From Enoplolaimus lenunculus (Eukaryota), in NCBI GenBank assembly GCA_030248215.1, contig JASANG010001737.1:372001-436000 (forward strand): 64,000 bases of DNA, written 5' to 3'. Numbering within the stretch: the first letter of the stretch is position 1; the number at the start of each line of letters is the position of its first letter. This document shows positions 50,567 through 63,667 of this stretch, one piece after another. The translations under genes were made by a program, and so were the position numbers. The notes beneath the pieces are model-generated. The model was not told where the DNA came from and did not search any database. It saw nothing but the letters and a program-made list of their open reading frames with translations.

Positions 50567-51534
50567 TATGCATTTGAAAATATGGGCCCAGATTTTAAGC
50601 CAATTGTCTTAGCTGAACCTCACACAACCGTAGCTCATAGAAAACACTGTGTGAGGGCAAAAATATCCAAAAAAATTAGTAGTATGCAGTATATATGTTA
50701 ACGTTAATACTTTATAAGTGAAGTTTTTATCTTAAAAGTTTTTTATACAACATAAACTATCTGAATTTAACTGCAGATAATTGTATGCATGAATTGCAAA
50801 AAAAATAACAATAAAACTGCAAACGTCAAATTTTGGGGGCTGCAAATTTCTAATTTAAAAATTATTTGCGGCAACTGAAGACGTTCAGTATAAACGAACG
50901 AATACCGCAAACTTTGAGTGAAAAGTTAACCGAAAAATCACAATGTCTAAAAATCTTACAATTGGCAATGCAGCGTTCACTCCTCGGGTTGCTTGCTCGC
51001 GCACGTCATTGAACGTGCAAGAGATAAATGAATGATGATGCAACGACAACATTCGTTTATATGAAAATCTCAGCGTGTTGCCAAATTTTAATCTGTGTTT
51101 GCGTTTAAATGTTGCTGATTAATTTTCTTCGGTACAAAAATGGGTTTGGCAATAGGCAAGTCTTGGCAAACGAAGAATATATATATATATTATTATTATA
51201 TATATTATTATTGTTATATATATATATGTCGTGCAGCTCCACTCGTCGCTGTCATCGTCCGTCACCGTGCGATATCATACGCGAGCCGGCGACTCGTCGC
51301 ATGATTACGTTCGGCGACGGACAGCATCGGATGACAGTAAAAAGCGTAGCGCCATCCTAAGACTTATTGGCGAAATGATTTCATGTCACTTTCGCACATT
51401 TTGACCGTTTATACCGTTCAGTTTTTGATATCGGTCATAGACGCATGTCGGTATTTGTGCACAGGAAGTGTTATATAAATCATAGATTGCCATACGTGTG
51501 CACATATATCGGAATATGAAGTTGTTTCAATCGT

Positions 51535-51605
51535 ACGCGTGGTGTAGTGGTAGCTTGCTTGACACGAGTGTTAGAGGGTCGAGGTTTGATTCGCGGCGCG
51601 GGCCT
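51535..51605 (+). other. Degenerate tRNA-derived (SINE-head-like) sequence
   Basis: A-box-like tggtgtagtggt and B-box-like ggtttgattcg at tRNA-like spacing; no clean cloverleaf. Confidence 0.4.
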
Positions 51606-52751
51606 TAACTTTGGGCAAAATTTCGAACAGGAGACGAGCAGACGATGACGTTGCACCAACGCATAATGTTGATACACAGACAATTTGGTAATTTTTGAAA
51701 CTTTTATGCAAAGTAAGCTATATGTAGCTTAATTTTATTACATTTTATCCAATCAGGTTAAGGTAATCTGTTCATGTTGCCAGTTTAGGCAAACCAGCTA
51801 TGCATCGTGCTGGTTTAATACAAATTTTGGTCTTGCTTGAATGTATACTTGTCTGTGATAGCAGAAATATATAAAGGTATTTAGACGATAAACAGAATAA
51901 GCGCAATTGTTTGAATTCTCTCATTTGAACCAATAAAAAGTAATGAAATTCGCTGATTACACTTATTTTGGTACAGTTTAGTTGGCTTTTGTGAAAATTC
52001 CCCATACAATTAACAAACCAATTAAAGTTTAACCATGGCCACACCGCAAAAAATGATGAGTCATATTGACTCTCTTCGAATTAGGCTCTACGGGACTACA
52101 CAAACTGAGTAAAATTCGACTCCGCCAGATTCAAACGTGCGACTGAGTGTGTTTAATTTCACTCTGGCGGAGTCGAATTTGACTCAGTTTGTGTAGTCCC
52201 GTAGAGCCTATTTCGGAGAGAGTCAATTTGGCTCACCATTTTTTGCAGCGCATATCAAACCTTTACCCTGGTCATGCTATTAATTTTAGTACCTTTTCTA
52301 TGTAGGAGAAGAACTATCCCAGTCGAATTTTAAGTTATTCAGGTTTCACAGTAACACAATTTAGTTGGTACAATGGGAACAACATGCCCTGTGGTTAAGA
52401 AGTGACTATTTTTAAAATTGTCATTCCTTAACCCCAGGACATGTGGTTCGCGGTGTCTTAAGAAATTGGGGTATTGCGAATCCGGCGTTACGCGGGTGGC
52501 TAACGGAACTTATAAATTTCGATTTTTGGTTTCGAAAAGCGATCCTATTTCTGATTGGCTAATTTTTATCACAAACCGTTTTTATGCAATATATTAACTG
52601 GCATGGGAAATTGGTCAAAAATTTTCACACGGTATGCCTCCAGAACCCTGGATCGGGATGTGTAAGTTGGGTCTTTAAGGAAACTGTACGTACCATGACC
52701 GTGTGGCATCATTAATGCACATAGTTTTTGATCAGCGTACCATGAAAATAA

Positions 52752-53092
52752 CAGGGTGGCAACAAAGGAGGATCGGATTCGGCAAAAGTTTTACGGTACG
52801 AATTCGGTTGTGAAACAGCCGAATCCAAAAGCAATATGTTTTTTTCGTTTTTAAGCAATAAAATTTTAAAATAACTCATTTTACATAAATCAATGTTTTA
52901 TTTCAAGTCGCAAATCTTAGAACTGAGGTTAGACACGAAATAGGATTAACGTTTAACAGTTGCGGCTGGCATTGGGTTGATATTCTCAAACAAATTATAG
53001 ATATATTTGAAATATGCAACATGCAACATTCGTATTCGGCCAATTATCGCTGGATTCGAGTTCGGTCAAATCGTGGATTTGGTGCCACCCTG
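52752..53092. mobile_element. hAT-like MITE
   Basis: TIR cagggtggca / tgccaccctg; attcgg subterminal motifs; TSD not evident. Confidence 0.6.
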
Positions 53093-55103
53093 GCTTATAG
53101 TAAATGGCACAGGGTACGCAGGGTGGTCGAGGTGCGTTCCATGCCACAGTACTAAATGGCACCCATGATGGCATCTTTACATAAAACCTGCCGAAGGTGC
53201 GTTGCTCATTATGCTGGAATCTACCGTAATCCGGATTCGCTCAAATCGCATGCCAACGGCCTCATGAATTTCCATGAGCGATAACGCATATTTTAATGTT
53301 TACATTGTTTACAATAATCGAATTATAATATTAAAATTTAAAAATTTATATTTCAACGGCAATAATGCCATAAACGGATCGTGGTAACGTCAACTTTGGT
53401 CAAACAATCTTTGAAATTGGCTCCGTTCCCTTGGGTTCAGATGTGAAAATTTTACATTAAATAATTTTTTTTGTTGCGGATATAATTTTTTGCCCAAATT
53501 CAAGATCCAGTATGCTTCGCTAGTGAGCGGTTGCTCAAATACTTGTTTTCACAGCTATCAAAAACTTTCAGCTAATTTTAAAACTCAAGGGAGTCTCGAA
53601 TATATACTCCTGTGGAATTATTAAAATAAAGGTTGCAGCAAATCACTGTGAGCCTGCAACCGCATAGGCACATAAAGTATTTGTAAGCTTTTAATTAAAA
53701 ATTAATAATTAAAGTTTATGTTTAAAATAAAATATCGAATTAATATAAAACCAATCACAAATCGGTTATGGTTTAGAAATAGGATTTTTTTTCAGGTTCA
53801 TCCAATCTCAATAAAGCTGAATTTTAACGTTCCGTTGAACTTTCAATTAGATTGTCTTAACAATTTCATTGGTGTATAAATATTAATTGGCAACACAAAG
53901 CTGTAAATATTGCTACATAATCTTGAGTTTTTGTCTTGTTTCATCTGTAAGATCTCAACGTAAATTGAGATTTGAATTGTGTTTTCAACTGAACTTTAGT
54001 TCATATTTTTTTCTATTAATTGGGAGCGACTTGGTAAAATGCGCCAACGTTTTTGTGTGTTTTTATTTCTCTGTTTCTTTTGTAAGATTCCAAGATAGAT
54101 TCACGGTTGAATTGAACAACTTTCAACTAAACAATGGTAAATATTTAGACAAATTGTTTCAATCGCAGTTAATAATATAGAAAAGCATAGTTTGCAAATA
54201 ATCTTAAGCTACGAAATGTATTCTAAGCAAGACATACGAATTCTACGAACACGAGTACAGAGGATTTTTTTACTTCTAGCTAATTTCATTTGACAGTTTT
54301 GTTTTATTGCACTAGCTAAGTAATATTTTGCTTCAAACGTTTTTGCCAGCTTTGGTGATTGCTTAAACATACTTTATCATAAAAAAACTTAAATTCAAAT
54401 ACGAGAAAATTGTGATCCCAACTTTAGCTGTAACTTGCTTAGGAATCTACTTTTAAGACCTGAGTATGTTATAATTAACATTATATTCGAGTAAGCATTC
54501 TACAGAATCTAATTAGGTAATTGACGTTTATGGACAAATTAGTAGTTTTGAACTCTATCCATTTACGGTCTCTAATTAGGGCGACTATTGATTGAGGCTG
54601 AAAATAGAAACTCTGGGCTCTTATTATCTCCTCTATCCGATTCGGCTAACTACAGTGGAACTTTGCCTACAATACAGGGTTGTTTCGTTAAACATCTGTG
54701 AAGGGAAATTAACGTTCGAAGCTCACCGCGAGTCTTCTGAACAAGTTTTACCGTCGACAGATATACATTTCTCGTGCTGAAATATCTATTGCACTGATGC
54801 TGCACAAATAACGGTAACAGATATGACTGTGATCAGGCTAACAGGAATCGAAATCTTAGGTATAAAATTTTCAAAAAAATGTTATATTTTTCTGCCAACA
54901 CAATTGAGGTCGCGCAAAATTCTTTGAGCTGATTAAAATTTGACTGAAAAATATCGGTTGTCGAGCTGTACTCAAAGGTTTTTTTAACATTTTGGATGAC
55001 TTTTGTCAAAATTTTAAGTGAAATGGAACAACTGCGGCATATGCTGTATTGAATAGGTTACAACTAACAATGACCATTAAAATAACAGAATTTTCGGTAC
55101 TTC

Positions 55104-55303
55104 GGCCAATGTAAAGAACAGTGGCGGAACAGTATTATAAGCATATTCTTATACCTAAGCCTAAGCCTAAGCCTAAGTGTAAGACTGAGCATATTCCTAA
55201 GCCTAAGTCTAAGCCTAAGCCAAACAAAAAATTGTCTAAAACTTAAGCGTACTTTACTTTAGTCCCACAGAAAAGCTCTCCGCCCGTGATGTTTACATGA
55301 GCC
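55104..55303 (-). mobile_element. TTAGGC-carrying Merlin-like MITE
   Basis: Perfect TSD ggtacttc; TIRs; two gcctaa tracts. Confidence 0.9.
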
Positions 55304-58047
55304 GGTACTTCTATAACGCATCCGGTAAACGGACATCAATTTTTGCCGGAAATGGACAAAATATCCGGTTATATTTGACGGACACGACTCATTTTCGAAA
55401 AATAATCTTTGTGATCCTGTTAAATTTTTCAATTTTCCAATCTAAATGTGTAAACAAAATAGTTATCAATTAACTTAAGCGCAGAGTTGAATTAAAGTAT
55501 TTAAAAGTTTAGTTGGAGTTGAAAGTTTAATTGATAAAAATGCTGCACAAGAAATTTGATTTCTGTTCCTTCCTGAAACCTTCAGCGAACCGTTGCGTAC
55601 AGCTGGACACGGGTTAATTTATACTTTATATGCAGTTCAACTTGCGTTTGCAGATTTGCAATATAAATTGCTCAAAAATGAAATTTACTTAACACGAGAA
55701 AATATTAGCAATTCATGCTAAATGGTAAAGTCACGTACTATGTTTCCGTAGTCTATTTTTGCCAAATCAGTTGCCATGATGAATAGCCGAGGCCAAACAC
55801 AAAGAAAGTGACAATTAAAGATTTGAGGACTAGCCAGCCCATCTCCGAGGTGAAAATTAAGTCGTATATAAGCTTAAATATAATGCAGTTCAGATCCCGT
55901 ATTATATATTTCAACCCGGTATATATTGCCGTAATTTGTCTTTCTGTATGAAAGCTTAGATCCACCAAGGAGATGGAAGGTCTACCAGCCTCATCTACAA
56001 GACAAAAATTAAGTTGTATGTAAGCTTAATATACAGCGTTATTCACATGTGCAAGTTTTTGCTACCAAATGTGCAGCTGCAACATGCACTTGCAAGTTTT
56101 GTCCGAAATTCCGTTCGAAAAACTTGCAGCTGCAAATAATTCATTAAATATCATAGCCAGGAACTTAGTTCACATGTGTGAATAACCAAGCAAGTTCACT
56201 GAACTTATTGCAGCCGCTTTCTCATTGGCTAATGAAAAAATGCAAGTTCTGCGTGAAATTTGCAGCTGCAAGTTCTCGCAGCAAAAACTTGAACGTGTGA
56301 ATAGTGCATTATTATGCATTTTAGATCGCATTATATATTTTACCGCAAGTTATATATATGCCCTGATTTGTCTTTTTGTAAAAATTGTCAAATCCGCCAC
56401 CAATGGGAGAACCAGGCGCAGGGTTTTACACTTTGTTATTGGACTGATGCTCATAGTAATTTATTTAATAGTAATGAAATCAATTTAAATAGAATATCAA
56501 AATATTAAATAATAATTTGAAAAATAAATAAAAACAACGCAACAAATAACAATTTTAGCCGTCACCTGGCGCTGTACCTTCATACAGCTTTCGAATCAGC
56601 TCGAACGATGGGTCAAAACGTGGTCACCGATCAATGAACAACTTCAACTTAAATTCAACTGAGAAAACTTGTTAGCTTAAATCAGCTATTGATGCAACAG
56701 TGTGTGTTTGGAATATAATTACGGATTGAAACTGAAACTTGCAAACGTTAACTTTTTTAACGTCGACATCACCAGGAGCGTTGCGAGAATTTTATCTGTA
56801 CCACATATAATCAGTCATTTTAAAGTTTATTGCACATCGCGAAATTTGTTGATCAGCAGAATCCAACAGATTAATATTCTAAATGGGCCTGTAGCCAAGT
56901 AGGGCCAGGAGGGACTCAGTCCCGTCTGGAAAAATGTTGCCCCCTAGAAAGTTTTCGACCTTGCTAGTCAGTCACACAAAACCCATGTACGCCCTTCCTG
57001 AAAAATTTTTATTCCCTCAATAGCATGGTGATCCGGCTACTGGCCTGAGCTTTAAAACCTTCAGAGGTGCATTTTTATCGCTTCTTCAGAGACAACTTTC
57101 AACCGTCGATCCACTTACACATGCCGTCGTCGCGGTATTGTTTCAACTGGTGATTTTGGATCCAGTAAAGATCGAATCGCAGAATCGGAATGCCTTAGTG
57201 GTTAAACTTTTATGAAGGCGAACAGGGTTCAAGCGGAACAGCCTCAGACCTCTGAGACCCGCCTGTATCCTGTGGTACCGTGACGAGTTAGGCGTTCGAT
57301 TTGCGATCGACCCGACCTTGGATCTTGACGGCATCTTCAGAAAGACCCACGGGCAATCATCGAAAGAAGAACTTATCGTGAAACGCTGGGGTGGCGAAAA
57401 ATGAAGAGCATTTTTAACACAATGTTTAGATAACAAAATGTGTTAAACCTCACTACACGCACATATATATACATATATATAAATATATAAATATATATAC
57501 ATATATACATACATACATATATATATTATATATATCTTAGAAACTAATTAACATATCGAAACTCATGACCACCGAAAAATATACCGCTGAAGCTATTTCA
57601 CAATGATCAGTTCAGTTTCAGTTTAAAAGTTAATGTCAAAAATTCAAAAAATGAAACGCTATTTTAAACGCTTTTCGTGTGTGTCTTTCAAAACGTTTGT
57701 CTTGCAACCGACAAAACTCTAAAACGAATTGTTTGTCCGACAAAAGCAGTCAGTGAACACGATTTAGCGTTTATTTCAAGCTATTCTGTGGCAGTCTGAG
57801 CGTAGTTTATTCAGTACTATAGATGGCTACCAGATATTCGGATATCCGGATCCGGATAAATATTCGGCAAGAATGGCTGGATATCCGGATATGAAAAAAT
57901 ATCCGATGCCCATCACTATTCGGTACAGTTTTACTAAACGATCGCAAATATTGGAACTCGAATTTTTGCTGAAAGATGAAAAATTATAGAAAAACAATCT
58001 TGAAAAGCAGTTTTCGCTCCATACAATAGTTTTGTGTTACAAGTTTC

Positions 58048-58247
58048 AGCCAATGTAAAAAACACGGCCGTAACAGTAGTATAAGCATATTCCTAAGCCT
58101 AAGCCTAAGCGTAAGATTGAGCTTATAGCTAAGCCTTCACCTAAGCCATAGCTTAAGCCTAAGCAAAAAAAAAATTAGTCTAAAGCTTAAGCTTTTTATA
58201 TTGCAGTGATACGGTATAACGTTCCGTTCCTGATCTTTACGTCGGTC
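58048..58247 (-). mobile_element. TTAGGC-carrying Merlin-like MITE
   Basis: TSD caagtttc/caaatttc; TIRs; gcctaa tracts. Confidence 0.85.
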
Positions 58248-58387
58248 CAAATTTCAAACTCAACCGCCATGTTTCGTCATGAAAAATGTACCTAGCCAAA
58301 TCATGCGAAATTCATCTCAAATGCCTTAAGCGAAAAATTTTCAGTTTACTATCATTTAGCGAAAATTTTTCAGTTTACTATCTATAA

Positions 58388-58650
58388 CCCCTTCTCACAT
58401 TGAGTTGCCTGTACGCAACTCAGCGCAGTGTATATACTTTAAATAGTATATATCGCACCGTGTTTTACAATTGCAACACGTATACATAGTACTAAATCAC
58501 CACAAGACGTGAGAGCCCTCTCGGGCTCGAGCGTCAAGCTCCTATAGCTGAATGGTGATGGTATACGCCTCCCACTCCAGTCACTGGAGTTCGAATCCTA
58601 GCATAAAAGTAGGTCTCAAGGAAAATAGAAAATATTCATGTGAGAAAGGG
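58388..58650 (+). mobile_element. piggyBac-like tRNA-box MITE monomer (subfamily 2)
   Basis: Near-identical to 42459-42720. Confidence 0.85.
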
Positions 58651-58731
58651 TAAATTTTAGCAGTAAAATTTTGTTTTAGTGGCTTCAAGTTTGCTGGTGT
58701 GTGTTCAAGTCATTTGGTTTATATATTTATG

Positions 58732-59174
58732 CAACTTCCACAATATCGTGCGTACACCAGGTGACTTTTGAGGGGGAAGTGTCATGGACACTGAAGCATT
58801 TTTTGCTTCAGCATCCTTCTTTTTGGCTTCAACGTTCGGGATACTGAAGCATTTTTGGCTTCAGTGTGCAGGATACTGAATCCAAAAACCTTCAGTATGC
58901 AGGATACTGATGCCAAAATGCTTCAATATCCTGAAGACTAAAGCTTTTTGGCTTCAGTCTCCTGCACACTGAAGCGTATTCGGCTTCAGCATCCTGGACG
59001 TTCAAGCCAAAAAGCTTCAGTGTGAAACATACTGAAGCCAAAAATGCTTCAATGTCCAGGACACTGAAGCTTTTTTGTTTCAACGTTCAGGATACAAAGG
59101 CTTTTTTGGCTTCAGTGTCCATTACACAACACCCTCAAAAGTCACCTGGTGTACGCATGTTATTGTGGAAGTTT
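58732..59174. mobile_element. Foldback element with ~60-bp TIRs and an expanded internal actgaagc/gcttcagt array (short copy 49530-49694)
   Basis: caacttccacaatatcgtgcgtacaccaggtgacttttgag / ctcaaaagtcacctggtgtacgcatgttattgtggaagtt. Confidence 0.8.
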
Positions 59175-59717
59175 CGTTAGTCTTTATGGAAAAGAACATA
59201 AAAATACCACTGTGCCTGTAGATCAGTATGGATGACCGGTAAAATGCTTTCAAATGCCAATAGGTTCTATTTACAAGTTTAATTAGCTAGCCTCCTCATA
59301 ATGGGCGTAGTTGAAATTTTTGCTTGAATAAATTTTTTAAATGTGTATATTTTATAGCTAAAATCCAGTTGTTGTTTTCTAGACCCATATTTTTTCAACC
59401 AAACTAATTTTTTTTCATAGAGGCGGCAATTTGAACAATGCTGCACTCTTATATGCTGAATAAATTTTGCATATTTGAACTGGCGTTGCATTGCACTAGC
59501 AATCAATAACCATGAAAAATAGGTCAACGCAACGTTTTACAAATACCCATGACCCGTCAATGTTTGCCAAATTGTAAATTTATCATCAAATGACGTTTTT
59601 GGAACAATACCTGTAACCAGATTTGGTCAGTGTAGTAATTAGTTAAGTAGGCTTAGGTATAAGCTCATTCTTACGCTTAGGTTTAGGTTTCAGGAATACG
59701 CTTACTGCACTGTAACG

Positions 59718-60103
59718 CAGGTTGCAACTGGAGGCGAAAAATGCCGGAGCCGGAGCCGCACCCGGAGGTCAACGAAACTTACCGGAGCCGGAGCCGGAGA
59801 TGAGACGAAATTAGGTTGTAAAAATGATGGTTAATTAGTTCATTTTAGTCAATATCTGGAACATGTTGTTAAGTTGTTTGGTTTTACGCTAACTTTCTGA
59901 GAAATTCCGGAAATTCTATCCTGAAAATTGTGACCAAAGTAAAACGAAACGCGCTAAACAGATAAATTTTACAAAATTATGCAAAATTTTGCTACCAAAA
60001 TTGCCCGAACCTCTGGCAAAAATTCTACCGGAGCCGGAGCCGGAGCCAGAGGCCGATTTTCTGCCGTAGCAGGAGCCGGAGGCAGACCTCCGGTTGTACC
60101 CTG
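59718..60103. mobile_element. hAT-like MITE with (gccgga)n subterminal repeats, nested in a TTAGGC MITE
   Basis: TIR caggttgcaactggagg / cctccggttgtaccctg; TSD not clear. Confidence 0.7.
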
Positions 60104-60126
60104 CAATGGTACTGTCCTATACATTG

Positions 60127-60572
60127 CAGAGGTAAAGGTGGGTAAGGATTTTTACCCCCGCTGCGGTTCATCCGCGGAAATTTTTTTATTCACTGCTATT
60201 CCCGATCATAATCTCTTTACCCGTTTTACCCGCCTTTAACCACCCTTGTTTTCTTAAGCAATAAGATATATTATTGCTGCCATTCAAAAAGCTGCAAATA
60301 TTTTTCGATTTAACATGAAATTTCAAAAGTGTGATACTAATTTTTCACTCATATACCTAATAAAAATAATAAAATAGTTTAAAAACTCAAGTGTTTCTAT
60401 ATATCTGGTTTCAAGTTTCGTGCTATAAAAATTTAGGCAGGTAAAGAATCACAAATTTTTGCCCACGCTTTGAAATTCTTTACCGGTGGGAATACCTGCG
60501 TGAAAATTTTTTTACCCGTCCTGCGTTAACCCGCGGGCACCCGTAGTTACCCGAGAGCAGCGTGCACCTCTG
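60127..60572. mobile_element. hAT-like MITE with ttacccg subterminal motifs
   Basis: cagaggt...acctctg with 8-bp TSD atacattg/atacattt. Confidence 0.75.
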
Positions 60573-60661
60573 ATACATTTGCCCCGGCTTTGAACCGAAC
60601 TACAATATAAAAACGTTTCAAATAGAAGTATAAGCCAAACTGAAATAACTGCTACAAACAT

Positions 60662-60875
60662 GGCCAATGTAAAGAACAGAGGTGGAACAGAATTAAAGCT
60701 TATTCCTACGCGTAAGCCTAAGGTTAAGCCCACGCCTAATCGTAAGAATGAGTTTATTCCTAAGCCTAAGCGTAAGACTAAGCCTAAGCCAAGCAAAAAA
60801 AATTTGTCTAAAGCTTAAGCTTACTCTATTACAGTATCGCAGAAAAGCGTTCCGCCCGTGATCTTTACACGGGCC
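60662..60875 (-). mobile_element. TTAGGC-carrying Merlin-like MITE
   Basis: TSD acaaacat/acagacat; TIR ggccaatgtaaagaac / gatctttacacgggcc. Confidence 0.88.
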
Positions 60876-62329
60876 ACAGACATCGATGTACAGGTATTTT
60901 CTTTCCCACTTTTACACGGTCACAACACAACCCCATTCCGATAATTTGTGAAGCCAGTATGCCAGGATATATCCACCTAAACATCGATAAATTGTTTTTG
61001 GACCGTTCGACCAGGACCTCGAATTCAATATTTCGAGTCCATGAACCGAGTTACAAGTTTGCGCTGCACTCAAAATAATATTTATGATATTTAAGAAAAA
61101 ATTTCTTACATTTGAGAAATATGATTAGCAAGGTGCAGTTGAAATGGATTTGTGTTATAACAGAATACTTTTCAAAAAAGTTTTGAAATAAAGTCTGAAA
61201 ATAAACGTTTCCCAGTTATTTTTAGAAAAATTGTCTTAAATATCAGAAAAACTTTTCAGATTTGACACAGAAAATACTTTTCTGAATAAACTCAGAAATA
61301 CTTTTTTGTGTGTGCATATCCTGATCGGGTCTGTATACTGAACCTTGGTTTTGTGGGACTATCACTGTACGGCGTCGCTCGCCGCCATACGGTATCGTAC
61401 GGGGCAATTCACGTACGATACCACACATCGGCTTACGGTGACGGACGGCGCCTGACGGTGTCTGACAGTGCCGGACTGCACGTCATCCAAAATATAGCGC
61501 CACTGTTAATTAATTAATGAAAAATAAACGTTGCCCTGTTATGGTATTTACGGATCAAGAAATTATATTTTTACGCTTATAATTTTAGTCAGATCAGTGG
61601 CCAGCTCAACACGTTAGGCGATGATAAAAACAGTTTCAGGATGATCAATCGACTAATTTCACTGAAGTTGATGGACTAAAACTTTTCGGGAGGTTGACAA
61701 AACGGTGCTACAAGGTTTTAGTCTGCATGGTTGCTTGGCTACAACGTTTGATGGCGGTGTTTCTTAACTATTTGCCGGATTTTTTCTGTTTTCGTCATGG
61801 TTTAAAATTAGGAATCATGATTGCGCTGTATGTTTACATCGAAACCTGCAGAGAGCAAATTGATTTGGACTGTAGATAATTTAATACTTGAAATTAACTA
61901 CAAATTCGAATAGTATTCCAAATCTCTGCGGATGATCATGTGTTCAGTGTTGCTTAATTCAACGGGAAATAATTGCTGCTTTTCTGAAGCAATAGCAAAA
62001 AATGGTGAGTCAAATTGGTTCTCTCTGAAATAGGTTTTTCTGGACTACGCAAACTGAGTCAAATTCGACTCACCTGAGTTGCTCAGTGAGTTGAACTTAA
62101 CTCTGGCGGAGTCGAATTTGACTCATTTTGTGGAGTCCCGAAAAGCCTATTTTGGAGAGACTGCAATTTTGCAGTATTCGGAATCCCAACTTTTCAAGAA
62201 ATGTTTTAAATGCAAACAAAAAGTGGACCAACTGCTGCAATACAACAAGCGTCATAAAATCGACGTTTACATATTCGAACGCTGGTAGAGTTCGCTTACG
62301 CGCCAAAGCGGTTTTAAAGCCAACGTGCT

Positions 62330-63667
62330 CTAGCTAAGTACCCCCCATCCGCCTTCGATTTTATTGGTCCGTAAACAAATCAACGCTTCTTGCTGTACGG
62401 CAGTGGGATAACGCTCGCAAAGTTTACGAACCCATTTCGGTAACGCAATGTCAAACTCAATATAATCAATTCGATAAGTCCTGTAAACCAGTTCAGCTAA
62501 AAGTAGCGAATTTTGAATCTTAGCTTCAGCGTCAGTTTTTCGTTGAGATAAAAACGTAGCCGAAGTATTATGAAACGCTCTCTGTTCAAGGAACGCGTCT
62601 TCGAGATACGGTCCCCAGCCGGAAAATATGATCTCATGGGGCCAGCCGAAAATTGCAAACAGTGCTCGAAGTTGCCATTTTAGTGTTGAAACGTTTGCAC
62701 TATTGTAATAGAACACTTTATCGTAGCTGGATTTGAATAAACAAAATCCACAAAACCAGAATTGCGGATAAAAATGATCCTCGTGCAACGTCCCATAACT
62801 CGCGTTCAAGCTATCACTTGCGCTAAATTGTGCAATATGATGGTAATTACGACGAATAAAGCATTCTAAATCTTTTCGACAGCCATAACAAGTGGACTGA
62901 TGGAGCAGTAGCGTAATCCCTCGGCATTTATCCAACCAACCCGAAAGGAGTCGTTCAAACGGTTCACGAATGACGGCTATTTTCGTCCAATCATCGTCGG
63001 AAAATATTTTCGATCCATAAGTATTGTACCGGTACAGCGGGACGTCCGCAAAACAGCCGTCGTGGATTTCGTCCATTTCACGCTTGGTCATGCCACCTCC
63101 GCCAATATAAGCGCCCCGCCGTCGGCAAAATAACGCTTTTAATTGGGTGCACAAATTTTTCGGGATCCAACATACCATTAACCGCGATCCAGCGTCGAGC
63201 ATGGGAAGATTGTAGCGTTTTGGAAACGGCCACAACGCAACTGGTGTGGTAAACATTGATTCCATCGACCGGCTGCGATTGGGAGTTAAAATGTTCAACG
63301 GTCGAACAGTTTCTGATTGGCGGATTCGGGTGGAACGCAGTGACTGTAGCTCGGGTGAAAGTCGGACGTTGCGTAGGCTGATCGCTTGCCGATATTCAGT
63401 ATCATAGTAGCCAGCTTCGAGATGTACTGATCGGTATAGCGTTATTAGGCATAGTAGTATTGCAATAACGCAACAGTAACGCGTTAATAATCGATACCGA
63501 TGCCTAAGCCAAACTTTGGACGCAATCAACCAATCGTACCACGTTTCAAATTGTTGCAATTGGTCTGAAAAAGTTGAAATGTTTAAATATTTATGTTTTG
63601 TAACTGAGGACTGCTTGGAGTTTATGGCATTAGCTTGGGTCATTTTTGCTCCTATACTTTTCTGCAT
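62330..63667 (-). CDS. Carbohydrate sulfotransferase (Sulfotransfer_2 / CHST-like), type II Golgi membrane protein, 445 aa, single coding exon
   Basis: Uninterrupted 445-aa ORF. Hydrophobic anchor YCCVIAILLCLITLY after a basic stretch. 5'-PSB-like motif VCWIPKNLCTQLK, 3'-PB motif AVIREPFERLLSGWLDKC, then CYGCRKDLECF, DHFYPQFWFC and C-terminal YRIDYIEF, as in nematode Sulfotransfer_2 proteins. Confidence 0.92.
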   Translation of the reverse strand: MQKSIGAKMTQANAINSKQSSVTKHKYLNISTFSDQLQQFETWYDWLIASKVWLRHRYRLLTRYCCVIAILLCLITLYRSVHLEAGYYDTEYRQAISLRNVRLSPELQSLRSTRIRQSETVRPLNILTPNRSRSMESMFTTPVALWPFPKRYNLPMLDAGSRLMVCWIPKNLCTQLKALFCRRRGAYIGGGGMTKREMDEIHDGCFADVPLYRYNTYGSKIFSDDDWTKIAVIREPFERLLSGWLDKCRGITLLLHQSTCYGCRKDLECFIRRNYHHIAQFSASDSLNASYGTLHEDHFYPQFWFCGFCLFKSSYDKVFYYNSANVSTLKWQLRALFAIFGWPHEIIFSGWGPYLEDAFLEQRAFHNTSATFLSQRKTDAEAKIQNSLLLAELVYRTYRIDYIEFDIALPKWVRKLCERYPTAVQQEALICLRTNKIEGGWGVLS

